From Candidatus Pacearchaeota archaeon (lineage in GTDB: Archaea > Nanobdellota > Nanobdellia > Pacearchaeales > GW2011-AR1), in the NCBI GenBank assembly GCA_023139205.1, contig JAGLOA010000004.1:1-57484 (forward strand): 57,484 bases of DNA. Reading direction: 5' to 3'. Within the stretch, counting starts at the first letter, position 1. Each line of letters opens with the position of its first letter. This document shows, in pieces, positions 46,272-57,482 of this stretch. The position numbers and the translations under genes are program-made. The notes under the pieces were generated by a model. That model was not told the DNA's origin. It searched no databases and was given only the letters and a program-made list of their open reading frames with translations.

Positions 46272-49200
46272 TTAATATTGTAAAATAGCTTCTCCAGTAA
46301 TTTTTTCTTTTGACTCCCACACTTCTTTTTCTTCTTTTTTATCTTCGTCCTCAAAATCTTCTCTGTCTTCTCCTTCCATTCCTTTTTTCATCATCATAGA
46401 AAAAAATGTTTTAAATAAAGTTTTAACATCTTTTTTAGCTTCTTCGGGATAAACTTTTGCAGAATTAATTATAGCATTAACTTTAAAATACATTTTTATT
46501 CCATTAGTTATTTCTTTTATTTTTTGAAGAGGTCTGGCTCTTCTATCCCAAGGAGGAGATTCTATCTCTGCCCCCCTCATTTCTTTTTCCATAACATAAA
46601 TCATATCATAAATTTTTTCAAAATCAAGTTCTATTCTAACATCTTCTTCTGGAACTTCCTCAACCAACATTGGCTCCATTTTTAAGATATCATCTTCATT
46701 AACCTGCACATACAAATTAAAAACAACCTCATCAGTTTCATAATCTTTAAACTGAACAACTGCATTAACATTTCCCCCATACTTCTCTGAAATTTTTCTT
46801 ATCTTTTTCATAAACCCTTTATCTTGTTTTATCATCTCTCTTTCTTCTTCAGTAGGACCCTCTTGATTTCCTCTTTCCATTTTTTCTTCTGGAGATCCTG
46901 GAAACTCATGATTTTTCATTGATTGTTTCATTTCATAAATAATAAATTTTTTAGGGGGGAAAATCCAGACTTTCATATAAGGTGAAATAATTTTATGTTC
47001 TCCTTCTAATCCGGGAATTTTTACTGTTTTTACTTCTTCCCAATATTCCAAACTTCCAAACTCTGTTTCATAATTCATACTTATTAAATTATATTCGGGG
47101 AGCTCATTAATTCCGAGGCATTTCATTCTTTCTGCAGTCTGTCTTTGATTATCAACATTATTCCAATATAATTCATAGATTCCACTTTGTGCTTGCTCCC
47201 AATCTTCTGCAGAATTAGCTAAATATTTTTCAAAAAACCATGCAACAAATTCCTGATTAAATCCTTTTTCAAATTCTTTTCTTTGCTTTCTCAAATTTTC
47301 TAAATCATACTTACACCATTCAGCTTCCCCTCCTGAATAATATTTTGTTTTTAATGGTTGAATTTTATCAAAAGGATTTCCCCATCCATTAAACCAAATA
47401 AATCCCTCTGTTTTTCCCTGACTAGTTCTGCAAGATCCCCCTGCCATAAAAACTCCTTTCTCCTCTTTATGTTCTTCTTGCTCTTGCTCAAATTCCTTCC
47501 ACCAATCTCCTCCTTTCATACATTTCTCAACACAATCCTCTTCAGCTTTACAAGAACCTTCACACTTTCTTTGCTCTTCATCCACATTACAGTCCAGCTC
47601 TTCACCACAAGATTCACGAATACATTTTTCTATACAAGGTCTGCTACAATCTTTAGCACATCTTTTCTTATCCTCTTCTCTTCTTTCTTTCTCATCTCTT
47701 TCTTGTTCTTTGTCTTCCCTTTCTCTTCTCTCTCCTTCTTTATCCTCCCAATTCTCATCAGATTTTTCTTCATCAAAAAATTCCTCATGTTTTTCTTCTT
47801 CATCAAAATTCTCTTCAATTACATCGCCTTCTGTTTCATCAAGAAAATTTTCTTCAACATCATCTGCACCATCAGATTCATCCCCTTGTGAAGAACCATC
47901 ATCACTTTCTCCTTCATCAAATGATTCTGATGCACCTTCTCCTGCAGTATCTCCTCCATTATCACTTCCTTCATCAACTGTGGCTCCTGTAATCCTGCCT
48001 AAAATTGCCCTAAAAAAATTAAAAATAATTTCTCCTGTTACTGGTGCTGATTCTTCTATATTTTCTTCTTGTTCCTCTGGCTCACTTTCTTCTACTTCTT
48101 CGACCTCTTCTTGTTCTTCTGCAGGTTCCTCGAATCCTGATTCCTCAATTTCTTCTGCTGGTTCTTCATCCACTCCATCTTCTATAATTTCTCCATCTTC
48201 AGATTCCTCACTTATCTCGTCTCCAAGAACTATTTCTTCAATTTCAGAATCTTCTGCCTCAATCACCTGAGGAATTGTAACACACTTCCCATTACTGCAA
48301 ACATCATTTTCTCCCCCACAATCTCCTCTTACTGAACATTCTTCCCCAACAATTTCATTTTCTACAATTTCAACTTCCACAACTCCTTCAATAACTTCAT
48401 CAGACACTTCACAATCAACTCCTGTTTCTCTCCATAAACCATCAATACATTTTTCAGCAACTATTTGCTCTCCTGAATCGCAATTTTTTACTTTTTCATC
48501 CCCATCCACGCAATCTGACTCTCTGCATTCAGATAACTCAATTAACATGCATTTACCCTCGATACAATCTGCTTTTCCGCATAAAGGCTGAATACAATCT
48601 TCATCAAACTCACAATCATCCTTCTGCACAATACAAACAGGCTCCATAGGACAACCATTTTCATCTTTACCGCTAAATATAACTTTTCCAGAACAATTTA
48701 TTGCAGAATATTGAGGGCAAAGAGAACAATCCTCGGCACAAGTTTCTATTGTCTCATTTTCCTCACAAATATGATTCCCACAAATAGTTTTTATTTTTTT
48801 CACAAGCTCTTCTTTAACTTTACATTCCCCTGCAATGCAATACAATTCCAAAATCCCTTCTCTAGTTTGATTTCCTTCTTCTAAAACAACAGTTGTTTTT
48901 CCGCAAAACTTTCCCCCGCATTGCTTATCATCACAATCCACTTTCTCATCCTCATTATCATCTATATTGTTATCACAAATCTCTTCTCCAAACTCCTTAA
49001 ACTCCTCAACAAGCCTTTTTTCAAATTCTACCTGGGTAAAATAAGATTCTCTTTTTTCATAGCCAGAAAAAAGATTAAGATAAAATTGTTTTCTCTTTTC
49101 ATAATTTTCTTTTCTCAATTTCTTTTCCATTTTCTTTTTTGCCTGCTCCTCTTTTATCCATCCATAATTATCATAATCATCCATAAGCCATTCTATCTTA

Positions 49201-50480
49201 TTTTCATTAATCATCATATTTCCAACAAGAGTATTCTCAACTACAACATTTGTTTGAGTGTCTTCTTCGCCAATTGTGTTTTCAACTATAACATCATCCT
49301 GACTATTTCCTTCAACAACTTTATCCTCAACTACTCTCTCTTGATTTCTACTTCCTTCAATTATTTTTCCAGCATTATTATCTCCTCCAAACATATTATC
49401 AATTTGCTCCCAAACATCATTTGATTTTTGATTCCATGCATCATTTATCACCCAGATTTCTTGTTTTATCCCACTAATTTTTTTCCATTGTCTTTCATCT
49501 ATTGCCTGCTTATATTCATCTAATAATTCCGTAATCCTCCTCTCAAACCCTCTAAAATCCATATTTTTAAATTGCTCAGGAGATATCATCTTCAAATCCC
49601 CTTCTTCAATTTTAATCCCAAAACCTCTTCCTTCTAACCATAAATCAAGATTAATCCAGTTCCATTCACAATCATCACACATTTCCAATCTTGCAATTAC
49701 CTCAAACTTATCTCCTTCATAAAAATCAATTTCCTGGACAAGAAGTTTTTGAGTCTGCCTTTGATTTTCAGAACCAAAAATAGCTTTCATTAAATCTTCA
49801 CATTTTCCCTGATTCTGCCTAAAATAATTTTCAAATATTCTTTCAGCATTCACACTCTCTTTCGCTAATTTATCCCCATTTCCACGCGACGAATCAGAAT
49901 TAAAAATCTGGGCAAGAGTTTGAATATTCTTTATTTTTCCCTGAATATCTAATTGCTCTTTTGGTTTTTTAAATTCAGTTTCAAAATCCAGTCTATAAAT
50001 TATATCTTTTTCAGTAAATTCTTTTTCTTTAAAATTTTGTTCCTCTTCTTTAAATTTTTCTTTATCTTCAAATTCCTTTTTCATAAAAACAGAAGGCCAC
50101 GCATTAAGTCTTATTTGAATCTTTTTTCCGTCGAAAATTATTTTTTTCCAAACAGGCACATAACTACTAAGTCTTGTCTCATGCTCTAAACCATCGACCC
50201 AAACCCATTTTGTTTGTTCATTTGACTCTCCTAAAATTGATTTAATTTGATCCTGCTTTAAAATTCCCCCATGCTCTCTCTCAGTAGCACCTAAAATTTC
50301 ATTTAAACTTTGCCTGACAGCACTTGTATAAACCAAAAGCTGAACATAATTTATATTTCCTATCTCATATTCTTCAGCATAATAAGTAATTTTTTGCATT
50401 TCATCGTCAACAAAATCAGCAGAAATAATTGGAAAAAGAAATAAAATTAACAAAAATAAAAATACAATCACCTTTTTCAT
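46272..50480 (-). CDS. giant exported protein (1402 aa) with Cys-rich and long acidic regions
   Basis: Signal peptide; EICDNNIDDNEDEKVDCDD, ICGNHICEENET...CAEDC; extended E/D-rich segment. Confidence 0.7.
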   Translation of the reverse strand: MKKVIVFLFLLILFLFPIISADFVDDEMQKITYYAEEYEIGNINYVQLLVYTSAVRQSLNEILGATEREHGGILKQDQIKSILGESNEQTKWVWVDGLEHETRLSSYVPVWKKIIFDGKKIQIRLNAWPSVFMKKEFEDKEKFKEEEQNFKEKEFTEKDIIYRLDFETEFKKPKEQLDIQGKIKNIQTLAQIFNSDSSRGNGDKLAKESVNAERIFENYFRQNQGKCEDLMKAIFGSENQRQTQKLLVQEIDFYEGDKFEVIARLEMCDDCEWNWINLDLWLEGRGFGIKIEEGDLKMISPEQFKNMDFRGFERRITELLDEYKQAIDERQWKKISGIKQEIWVINDAWNQKSNDVWEQIDNMFGGDNNAGKIIEGSRNQERVVEDKVVEGNSQDDVIVENTIGEEDTQTNVVVENTLVGNMMINENKIEWLMDDYDNYGWIKEEQAKKKMEKKLRKENYEKRKQFYLNLFSGYEKRESYFTQVEFEKRLVEEFKEFGEEICDNNIDDNEDEKVDCDDKQCGGKFCGKTTVVLEEGNQTREGILELYCIAGECKVKEELVKKIKTICGNHICEENETIETCAEDCSLCPQYSAINCSGKVIFSGKDENGCPMEPVCIVQKDDCEFDEDCIQPLCGKADCIEGKCMLIELSECRESDCVDGDEKVKNCDSGEQIVAEKCIDGLWRETGVDCEVSDEVIEGVVEVEIVENEIVGEECSVRGDCGGENDVCSNGKCVTIPQVIEAEDSEIEEIVLGDEISEESEDGEIIEDGVDEEPAEEIEESGFEEPAEEQEEVEEVEESEPEEQEENIEESAPVTGEIIFNFFRAILGRITGATVDEGSDNGGDTAGEGASESFDEGESDDGSSQGDESDGADDVEENFLDETEGDVIEENFDEEEKHEEFFDEEKSDENWEDKEGERREREDKEQERDEKERREEDKKRCAKDCSRPCIEKCIRESCGEELDCNVDEEQRKCEGSCKAEEDCVEKCMKGGDWWKEFEQEQEEHKEEKGVFMAGGSCRTSQGKTEGFIWFNGWGNPFDKIQPLKTKYYSGGEAEWCKYDLENLRKQRKEFEKGFNQEFVAWFFEKYLANSAEDWEQAQSGIYELYWNNVDNQRQTAERMKCLGINELPEYNLISMNYETEFGSLEYWEEVKTVKIPGLEGEHKIISPYMKVWIFPPKKFIIYEMKQSMKNHEFPGSPEEKMERGNQEGPTEEEREMIKQDKGFMKKIRKISEKYGGNVNAVVQFKDYETDEVVFNLYVQVNEDDILKMEPMLVEEVPEEDVRIELDFEKIYDMIYVMEKEMRGAEIESPPWDRRARPLQKIKEITNGIKMYFKVNAIINSAKVYPEEAKKDVKTLFKTFFSMMMKKGMEGEDREDFEDEDKKEEKEVWESKEKITGEAILQY

Positions 50481-50518
50481 AAATTAATTAGAAAAAACCT
50501 CTTAATAAATTTTGTCTT

Positions 50519-51535
50519 TTAAACCTTATCAACAATACCTGCTTCAGTTACAAAATAAATCGCTTCATTGTCAGGTAAATTAGGGCTATCAATTAATTTA
50601 GAAACTCTTGAACCTTGTTTCCCTCTTCTCAAATACATTCGATAAGTAGAAGCGTGCCCCACAATATTCCCCCCAATAGCTGTTGTAGGATCTCCAAACA
50701 TCTGAGCAGGATTAGCCATCACCTGATTAGTCACATAAACAGCTAAATTATAAGTTTCAGCTAATTTCATTAAATCATGCATGTATCTGTTTAATTTTTG
50801 CTGCCTGTCTGCTAATTGTCCTCTTCCAGCAAACTCTGCCCTAAAATGTGCAGTTAAAGAATCAATTATCATTAATTTAATTGGCTCTCCAGATTTTATC
50901 ATTTCAGTAACTTTCTCTAACAAAAGCATTTGATGATCTGAATTAAACGCTCTGGCCACAAAAATATTTTTCAAAACTTTTTCAGGATTTGCTCCCATTG
51001 CTTCTGCAATTTGTTTTATTCTCGCAGGCCTGAATGTTCCTTCTGTATCAATAAAAACACACTTCCCATTTGCACCTCCTTTTTCTAAAGGCAACTGAGT
51101 ATTAACTGCTAAAGTTAAACCCAATTGAGTTTTCCCAGAACCATAAGCACCAAACGCTTCAGTAATGGACCTGCTTTCTATACCTCTTCCCCCCAAGAGC
51201 TCATTCAAATTTTTACTTCCAGTTGTAATATAACAAACATTCGAACGTTTTTTTTCAAACTCAAGACCATCAGTAAAACCCAATTCCAACATATTTCTGG
51301 CAGCCTGAATAGCTTTACGGGCAACAGCAGGACTCACACCAGCAGCATCGCCAATTGAAGCAGGACTTGAAACAGCCAAAGCCATTAAATCAAAAATTCC
51401 TGCAGACTCTAATTTCGCAGCAACAGCAGGACCAATGCCTGGCAAATCAGTTAATTCAAGTTCTCTTTTTGGTTTAGATTTTTCACCAGAAACAGCATCT
51501 TCAGTAATCTCTTTTGTCTCTTTTTTAATTGCCAT
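50519..51535 (-). CDS. radA: DNA repair and recombination protein RadA
   Basis: LTDLPGIGP HhH, ITTGS, TEAFGAYGSGKTQ, IDTEGTFRP.RI, IDSLTAHFRAEF.GRG.LADRQQ; start placed at MAIKK. Confidence 0.95.
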   Translation of the reverse strand: MAIKKETKEITEDAVSGEKSKPKRELELTDLPGIGPAVAAKLESAGIFDLMALAVSSPASIGDAAGVSPAVARKAIQAARNMLELGFTDGLEFEKKRSNVCYITTGSKNLNELLGGRGIESRSITEAFGAYGSGKTQLGLTLAVNTQLPLEKGGANGKCVFIDTEGTFRPARIKQIAEAMGANPEKVLKNIFVARAFNSDHQMLLLEKVTEMIKSGEPIKLMIIDSLTAHFRAEFAGRGQLADRQQKLNRYMHDLMKLAETYNLAVYVTNQVMANPAQMFGDPTTAIGGNIVGHASTYRMYLRRGKQGSRVSKLIDSPNLPDNEAIYFVTEAGIVDKV

Positions 51536-51594
51536 ATATATAAGGAACAAAAAGTCTCTCTTTATAAAGATTATTTGGCTCTTAGATATATATC

Positions 51595-52053
51595 TCAAAC
51601 CATACTAAAAATTTTCGAAAATAACAAGAAAAAATCAAGTAAAATAAAAGAAAGAAAAACAAAAGATTCTATTCTTCCCCCCGACTTAATAAAACCCTTA
51701 ATCTTAAACTCAAAAGGCCAAAACATCTTTATTCCTTGTTTTGTAAAACAATCAACAACCAAATGCAAAAAATAACCAATAAAAAATCCCAAACCAAATT
51801 CACCTGTTAACCAAAACAAAATTCCTCCGAAAATTAAAGCAAAAAACAAACTATGCATAATTCCTCTATGCTTGCTAAAAGAAGTTAAAACCCTTGAAAT
51901 AAATCTTTTCCCAAATTTAGAATTATAAGAATCTAAATCAGGGATAAAAGTTGCAATTAAAATTCCTAAAACAAAAACATAACTAAAATCAAAATAATTC
52001 ATTAATAACAAAGAAACAAAAATCGCAATTGCTAAATGAGTTCTATTTAACAT
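51595..52053 (-). CDS. metal-dependent hydrolase, YdjM-like membrane protein
   Basis: RTH, IPDLD, HRGIMHSL, GYFLHLVVDCFT.QGI..FWP. Confidence 0.82.
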   Translation of the reverse strand: MLNRTHLAIAIFVSLLLMNYFDFSYVFVLGILIATFIPDLDSYNSKFGKRFISRVLTSFSKHRGIMHSLFFALIFGGILFWLTGEFGLGFFIGYFLHLVVDCFTKQGIKMFWPFEFKIKGFIKSGGRIESFVFLSFILLDFFLLFSKIFSMV

Positions 52054-52084
52054 TTCTAAAAAAAACTAAGAATTGTTTTTATAA

Positions 52085-52753
52085 TTAACCAAAGAGATTT
52101 CTAAACCAACTCAAGACTCTTTTCCAGACACTTCCATGGTCCCCACAAACATTATTAATACAAAGATCTTTTGTGCACTGATAATCAAATTCACACCTCT
52201 CCCCTTCGGTAAGTAAAGGATTTACAACCCCCTCTTCACTACAATATTCTCCAAAACTATAAGAAATCTCAGTATCTACTTCCTCACAGATTCCATCACT
52301 ACAATATTCAATGCTAGTATTATGACCTCCAATTTTTTCTCCAACATCATAACAAACTTTATTTCTCTCACATTGTGTTTCATCGCAAAAAGGAAAAGGG
52401 ATGCCATCAACACAAGCCCCATCTTCACACAAAATACATCCATCTTCAGGACCATAAGACTCAGAAGCCACTGAATCCCCATAGCAAAAATACTCAATCA
52501 ATCTCCCTGCCTTTAATCCATCTACAATACAATAATCAGTAACATTAATTATTTCTTCCTCTATCCAAATTTTTTCCCTTTGTTCATTCCAAGCCTCCTG
52601 ACCAGTCCCCCATTTCTTACCAATAGCCTCCCCTTTATTGTAAATATCTTTCCCTCCATCAGAATTAATACAAGTTGCAGAAGAAACAAAAGAAAGAAAC
52701 GAAATTAAAATAAAAGAAACAAATAAAACTCCAAAAATTAAATCCCTTTTCAT
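52085..52753 (-). CDS. secreted Cys-rich protein with CxDSDGG-type module
   Basis: Signal peptide (MKRDLIF...), CINSDGGKDIYNKG, EYFC, WKRVLSWFRNLFG tail. Confidence 0.7.
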   Translation of the reverse strand: MKRDLIFGVLFVSFILISFLSFVSSATCINSDGGKDIYNKGEAIGKKWGTGQEAWNEQREKIWIEEEIINVTDYCIVDGLKAGRLIEYFCYGDSVASESYGPEDGCILCEDGACVDGIPFPFCDETQCERNKVCYDVGEKIGGHNTSIEYCSDGICEEVDTEISYSFGEYCSEEGVVNPLLTEGERCEFDYQCTKDLCINNVCGDHGSVWKRVLSWFRNLFG

Positions 52754-52811
52754 TTTAATACAAATAAAAAACACTTTTTAAATCTTAACATATGATCCTC
52801 TAAATTAGAAA

Positions 52812-55800
52812 CTAAACAACATCAAACTCCCAACTAGCACTCTTCTCCAAAAATTCTACATAAACTCTATACTCTCCTGCCTCATTCACAGAAACATTCA
52901 TATTATTAAACCCAGCAAATATTTGATTTCCCAAATTATCTTCTCCAATATCTAATTTTATAAGACCCTTTACAGGAACAGTTATTTCCTGATTAACTGG
53001 AGTTAAATAATCCTGCCATTCTTCTGCTTTTTTCTGAATTTTTATAATTAAATTTCCTAATAAATCTTCACCACCAGTATTAACTATTTTTGATTGAAGT
53101 CTTGGTTGAGGGGCTCCTAAACCACAATCATAACAACCTGTACGTTGTAAATCATGTTGAAACATTGACCAATCACTGCTAGTTTCTTCTCCTTCAATTT
53201 CCCAAAGATATAAGTCCACTCCCAAATCATCTAAATTCTCATCAGCTGAAGCTGCAAACTCAATTTTACCATCATTATCAATATCTTCTATTTGAAGGAT
53301 GTTAGAATGATAAAACTCAGAAATTGGAAGGGGGAATCCTTCTAAAAGAGACCCATCATTCTTGTATCCCAAAACCCCTAAATGCGAAGAAGTGAAAATC
53401 TCCTTCACCCCATCTCCAGTAATATCTTTTGTTACAGAAGAAAACCCTCCTTTTTGAGACCCACCCCAATTGAAATAATCGCTTCCATCAGAATTAAAGA
53501 TTCTTAAAGATAAAGATAATAAAGATTTTTTCATTGCCAAAATTTTAATTTGCCCATTATCTTCTAAATCAGATAAAGTTATCCTGCCCCCATAATTACC
53601 CTCTTTATACCATTTTAAAAAACCATCATTTTCTAACACAAAAAGACCTCCATAACCCCCAAAAATAATTTCATCCTCATCATCATTATCTATATCTCCC
53701 ACAACAGGGACCCCAAAACAAACCTCATATTCATACTCTCTCGACCACCCAGCTACAGTAGTACCATCATAATTATAAACCTCTACTTTTGTTTTTCCAA
53801 CCTGAGGATCAACAATTACAATTTCATAGTCAAGATCATCATCGAAATTTCCTATAGCAAGAGAAGGAAGAAATGCAGACCCCCCCAACAAAGGGGATAA
53901 AGGAATATTTATTTGTTGCAAATCATCAACTATAACAAAACTTTCTTGACATTGAATAATAATTTCATTTTTTCCATCTCCTTCAAAATCAAAAACAATT
54001 ATTGAATTCTCCATAAAATTGCAATTTTCTATTCTTAATTCATATTTTTTATTTCCTAAAAAATCATATCCATAAATCATTGTTTCATCATCATTTAGAA
54101 CAAATTGAACTAATATTTCATCTTTATTATCTCCATCTATATCTGCTATTGTTATTGGAGAATCACTTAACCACTCCCTACCTTGTATCTCTTCAAATAT
54201 TATGCGAATAGGCCATCCAGAAACTTCTAATCCATTCTTTTTAAAAGCATGAATTTTTCCAAGTTCTTGTTTACCAGTTCTCTCTAAAAAAAGCACTTCT
54301 TTTTCTCCATCATAATCTACATCATAAAATTGAGGTGCTAATTCCCCTGGATTATTTATTTCTCCATCTTCACCCAAGGAAATTGAGTTTAATCTTATTG
54401 GCCAGCCTTCTTCTAATTTAGAACTTAAATAAATATTTTCTATGTATTCTTCAAAATAAGAACCAGAAAATTCAAAAGTTAAAACCAAACTATAAAACCC
54501 ATCTTCTAACAAAGAGGTGTCCCAAATTGCAAAAGAATTGTCAATTATATTTATCCCTATCGGGCCTAAGGAAACTCCATCCTCCCCAAAAATATCAACA
54601 GAATAAAAACCATACTCTAAATTTTTTATTTCTACTTTTATATCAACTAAATCCCCTGCTCTATAAACACCATTATTAAATGGCTCTATAATTTCAAGGT
54701 TATCTACCTTAAAAATCCCAAAATCAATACTTTGTTCCCCTCCAGAATCATAAACAACCAACTTAATCTCATATCTCCCATCAACCAAGTTTAAAGCATC
54801 AAAATCCTTACACAAAATACCCTTTTCAATTATCTGACTTCCACTACAAATTAAATCCCAATTAATAGTTCCTTCTTCTCCATAAAATAATTCATAAGAA
54901 CTAAAACCTTCTCCCTTTGATGTTCCATAAATATCCATTAAAACAGAGGGCTCATAATTAATTGGGGCTAACTCGGCAACAAGCGGTCTTCCAGATTGAA
55001 CAGCTTTCAGAATATCAACTCTTCCCTGTCCTTGTTTAATAATTCTCTCATCAAGATCAACTCCAGTATTTCTCAAAGCCATTTTAATTTCATCAGGACT
55101 CCAATCTGGATTTTTCTGTTTTAACAAAGCAACAGCACCTGCAACATGAGGTGTTGCCATACTTGTTCCTGAAATTGCGATATGCTCATTGTCAAAACAT
55201 TTTCTGTCATCCCAAGCAGAATCATATTGTGCAGCACAAATATCAACTCCAGGAGCAACAACATCTGGTTTGATTATAGCTTTTTCATTTCCTTCATCAT
55301 CTTCCCAAATTACAGGACCTCTGGAACTAAAACTTGCCATATTATCAAAATCATCAGAAGCACCGACAGTAATTGCTTTCCTTGCTGTTCCAGGACTCCC
55401 AATTGTTTGCTCACCAGGTCCAGAATTTCCAGCAGCAACAACAGCAACAACACCTGCACTAACAGCATTATCAATTGCTTGAGATTGAGGATCATCTGGG
55501 TCTCCATAACCTCCTAAACTTAAACTAATAACATCAACACCATCTAAAACTGCTTTTTCAATTCCTAAAATTACCAAAGCAGAAGAACCAGATCCCTGCT
55601 CATCCAAAACCTTATAAGCATAAATTTTTGCATCAGGAGCAACGCCCTTAAGAATTCCATTTCCAGAAGCTATTCCCACACAATGTGTTCCATGACCATG
55701 ATCATCCAAAGGATCATTATCCCAATTAACAAAATCATAACCTCCAACAACTTTGCACCCAACTCCAAAACAACCTCCTAAATCCTCATGAGTATAATCT

Positions 55801-57410
55801 ACTCCAGTATCAATTATCCCAATAGTTACACCTTTACCAGTTAAACAATCTTTTCCAGAAACAGAACAATCACTTCCATCTTCATCCAACTCCCAAACAT
55901 CGTCGGCATTTATCAAAGGAACAGAATCCATCAACAAAGTTTTAACTTCATAATTTGGATGAATCTTTTTCACTCCACTCACTTTTTTAAGTTTCTCTGC
56001 TTCTTGTCTTGTAACCTCCAAAGCAATTCCATTAAACACATTTTCATATTCTCCAAGAAAAACTAATTCACTACTTCCAATTACATTTCCAGTAATAAAA
56101 TTGTTTTTTCCTAAAACTCGTAAAACCTCTCTCTTAAAATTCTCTTTATTATTTTTTATTTTAGCTATTTCACTTTCTAATTTATCCTGAACATTTGAAG
56201 GAAGAACAGGCTCTAATGCTTTTGGCAAAAGAACTGCTACAGCTTGAAAAAATAAATTATCTTCATTCTCTTTTGCTTTTTTATCTAACTTATTTTTCTT
56301 AACTAAAATAGGATCATCTTTAAGTTCAATGATATAACCTTTAAAATTTGTTGGTTCTGGTTCAAAACCTCCCTTGGTTAGGACATTTATCCCATCCCCT
56401 CCCACTTTATTAAGAACATAAGTCTCTTCATCTTGTATATCACTTACTACAAATCCAGTAATTCCTTTCTCCACATCTTTAATTCCACTTTCAGGAGGAT
56501 CTGTTAATTTTATTTGTTCTCCAACAATATAAGAATCATTTAAAGTTGCAATTGAAATAATTAGATTAATTTCTGGTTCATTAACACAAATTCCCTCAAG
56601 ACAACCATCAGGACATTCATAATCATGCATAACACATTTCCCTTCTTTACAAAAAATTTCTCTTAACCAACCATCATGTAAACCACCAACAATGCATCCA
56701 TCAACCAGCTCTCCACTTGAATCTAAACAAGTTCCTTTTTCAGGATAATTAATCCCTCCATCAGAATCTGTGCAAGTTATATTTATCTCAGGAATACAGG
56801 CTCCATCATTACAGCCATTTGGACAATTTATGAAATTAACACCAGGTCCATTTTCACTGCAAACTGCTTCTGCTATATCTCCATTTGTTTGACATTGATC
56901 TGTTTCAGAAATAATCTCACCTACCAGCAACCCATAACCTGAAGCAGTGCCTTTAACATAAATATTATTTCCTCCATCAGAATCTGTGCAAGTTATATTT
57001 ATCTCAGGAATACAGGCTCCATCATTACAGCCATTTGGACAAATATACCCTTTATGAGCATCTGATAAAGAAGATTTACAATGATATTCCACAATATAAC
57101 AATCTTCTCCTTCACATGAAGAAACCTCCTTATCCCTATCACTAATTATACTTCCTGAACCAGAAATTTCTGGATTATATATGCAATAATCCCAACTTAT
57201 TATTCCATGATCTGCATAATTAGAATTATTATTTATTCTATAACCTTTAATATAAATATCATCTCCTAAATCAGAATCAATACATTCTCCTTCTACAACT
57301 TTCCCAGTTATCTTTCCCAAAAAATCAGAAAACCACCCAGCAGAAATTAAAGATAAAGACAAAACTAATATTAAAGATAAACAAAGAATAAATGTTAAAC
57401 CTCTTTTCAT
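52812..57410 (-). CDS. secreted S8 subtilisin-like serine protease with Cys-rich N-terminal repeats and FG-GAP-like C-terminal repeats
   Basis: IIDTGVD, HGHGTHCVG, AAGNSG, GTSMATPHVAG catalytic motifs; CTDSDGG repeats; DIDGDNKDEI/DIDNDDEDEI repeats. Confidence 0.92.
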   Translation of the reverse strand: MKRGLTFILCLSLILVLSLSLISAGWFSDFLGKITGKVVEGECIDSDLGDDIYIKGYRINNNSNYADHGIISWDYCIYNPEISGSGSIISDRDKEVSSCEGEDCYIVEYHCKSSLSDAHKGYICPNGCNDGACIPEINITCTDSDGGNNIYVKGTASGYGLLVGEIISETDQCQTNGDIAEAVCSENGPGVNFINCPNGCNDGACIPEINITCTDSDGGINYPEKGTCLDSSGELVDGCIVGGLHDGWLREIFCKEGKCVMHDYECPDGCLEGICVNEPEINLIISIATLNDSYIVGEQIKLTDPPESGIKDVEKGITGFVVSDIQDEETYVLNKVGGDGINVLTKGGFEPEPTNFKGYIIELKDDPILVKKNKLDKKAKENEDNLFFQAVAVLLPKALEPVLPSNVQDKLESEIAKIKNNKENFKREVLRVLGKNNFITGNVIGSSELVFLGEYENVFNGIALEVTRQEAEKLKKVSGVKKIHPNYEVKTLLMDSVPLINADDVWELDEDGSDCSVSGKDCLTGKGVTIGIIDTGVDYTHEDLGGCFGVGCKVVGGYDFVNWDNDPLDDHGHGTHCVGIASGNGILKGVAPDAKIYAYKVLDEQGSGSSALVILGIEKAVLDGVDVISLSLGGYGDPDDPQSQAIDNAVSAGVVAVVAAGNSGPGEQTIGSPGTARKAITVGASDDFDNMASFSSRGPVIWEDDEGNEKAIIKPDVVAPGVDICAAQYDSAWDDRKCFDNEHIAISGTSMATPHVAGAVALLKQKNPDWSPDEIKMALRNTGVDLDERIIKQGQGRVDILKAVQSGRPLVAELAPINYEPSVLMDIYGTSKGEGFSSYELFYGEEGTINWDLICSGSQIIEKGILCKDFDALNLVDGRYEIKLVVYDSGGEQSIDFGIFKVDNLEIIEPFNNGVYRAGDLVDIKVEIKNLEYGFYSVDIFGEDGVSLGPIGINIIDNSFAIWDTSLLEDGFYSLVLTFEFSGSYFEEYIENIYLSSKLEEGWPIRLNSISLGEDGEINNPGELAPQFYDVDYDGEKEVLFLERTGKQELGKIHAFKKNGLEVSGWPIRIIFEEIQGREWLSDSPITIADIDGDNKDEILVQFVLNDDETMIYGYDFLGNKKYELRIENCNFMENSIIVFDFEGDGKNEIIIQCQESFVIVDDLQQINIPLSPLLGGSAFLPSLAIGNFDDDLDYEIVIVDPQVGKTKVEVYNYDGTTVAGWSREYEYEVCFGVPVVGDIDNDDEDEIIFGGYGGLFVLENDGFLKWYKEGNYGGRITLSDLEDNGQIKILAMKKSLLSLSLRIFNSDGSDYFNWGGSQKGGFSSVTKDITGDGVKEIFTSSHLGVLGYKNDGSLLEGFPLPISEFYHSNILQIEDIDNDGKIEFAASADENLDDLGVDLYLWEIEGEETSSDWSMFQHDLQRTGCYDCGLGAPQPRLQSKIVNTGGEDLLGNLIIKIQKKAEEWQDYLTPVNQEITVPVKGLIKLDIGEDNLGNQIFAGFNNMNVSVNEAGEYRVYVEFLEKSASWEFDVV
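56755..57042. repeat. perfect 72-bp direct repeat inside the protease gene
   Basis: 56755-56826 equals 56971-57042; encodes CPNGCNDGACIPEINITCTDSDGG. Confidence 0.9.
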
Positions 57411-57472
57411 AAATCAATTATAAAAAGAATCTATTTAAAGTTTATCCAAATCTCTCAATTGTGCAATCTACT

Positions 57473-57482
57473 GACATATGTC
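57473..57482. promoter_or_regulatory. palindrome GACATATGTC, candidate transcription factor site
   Basis: 63-72 nt upstream of the protease ATG; second copy at 1338-1347. Confidence 0.3.

Noticed and set aside
47358-49424. Long antisense ORFs (177, 186 and 167 aa) opposite the acidic giant protein
   Set aside because: Shadow frames of GAA/GAT-rich codons, giving S/F-rich nonsense products.
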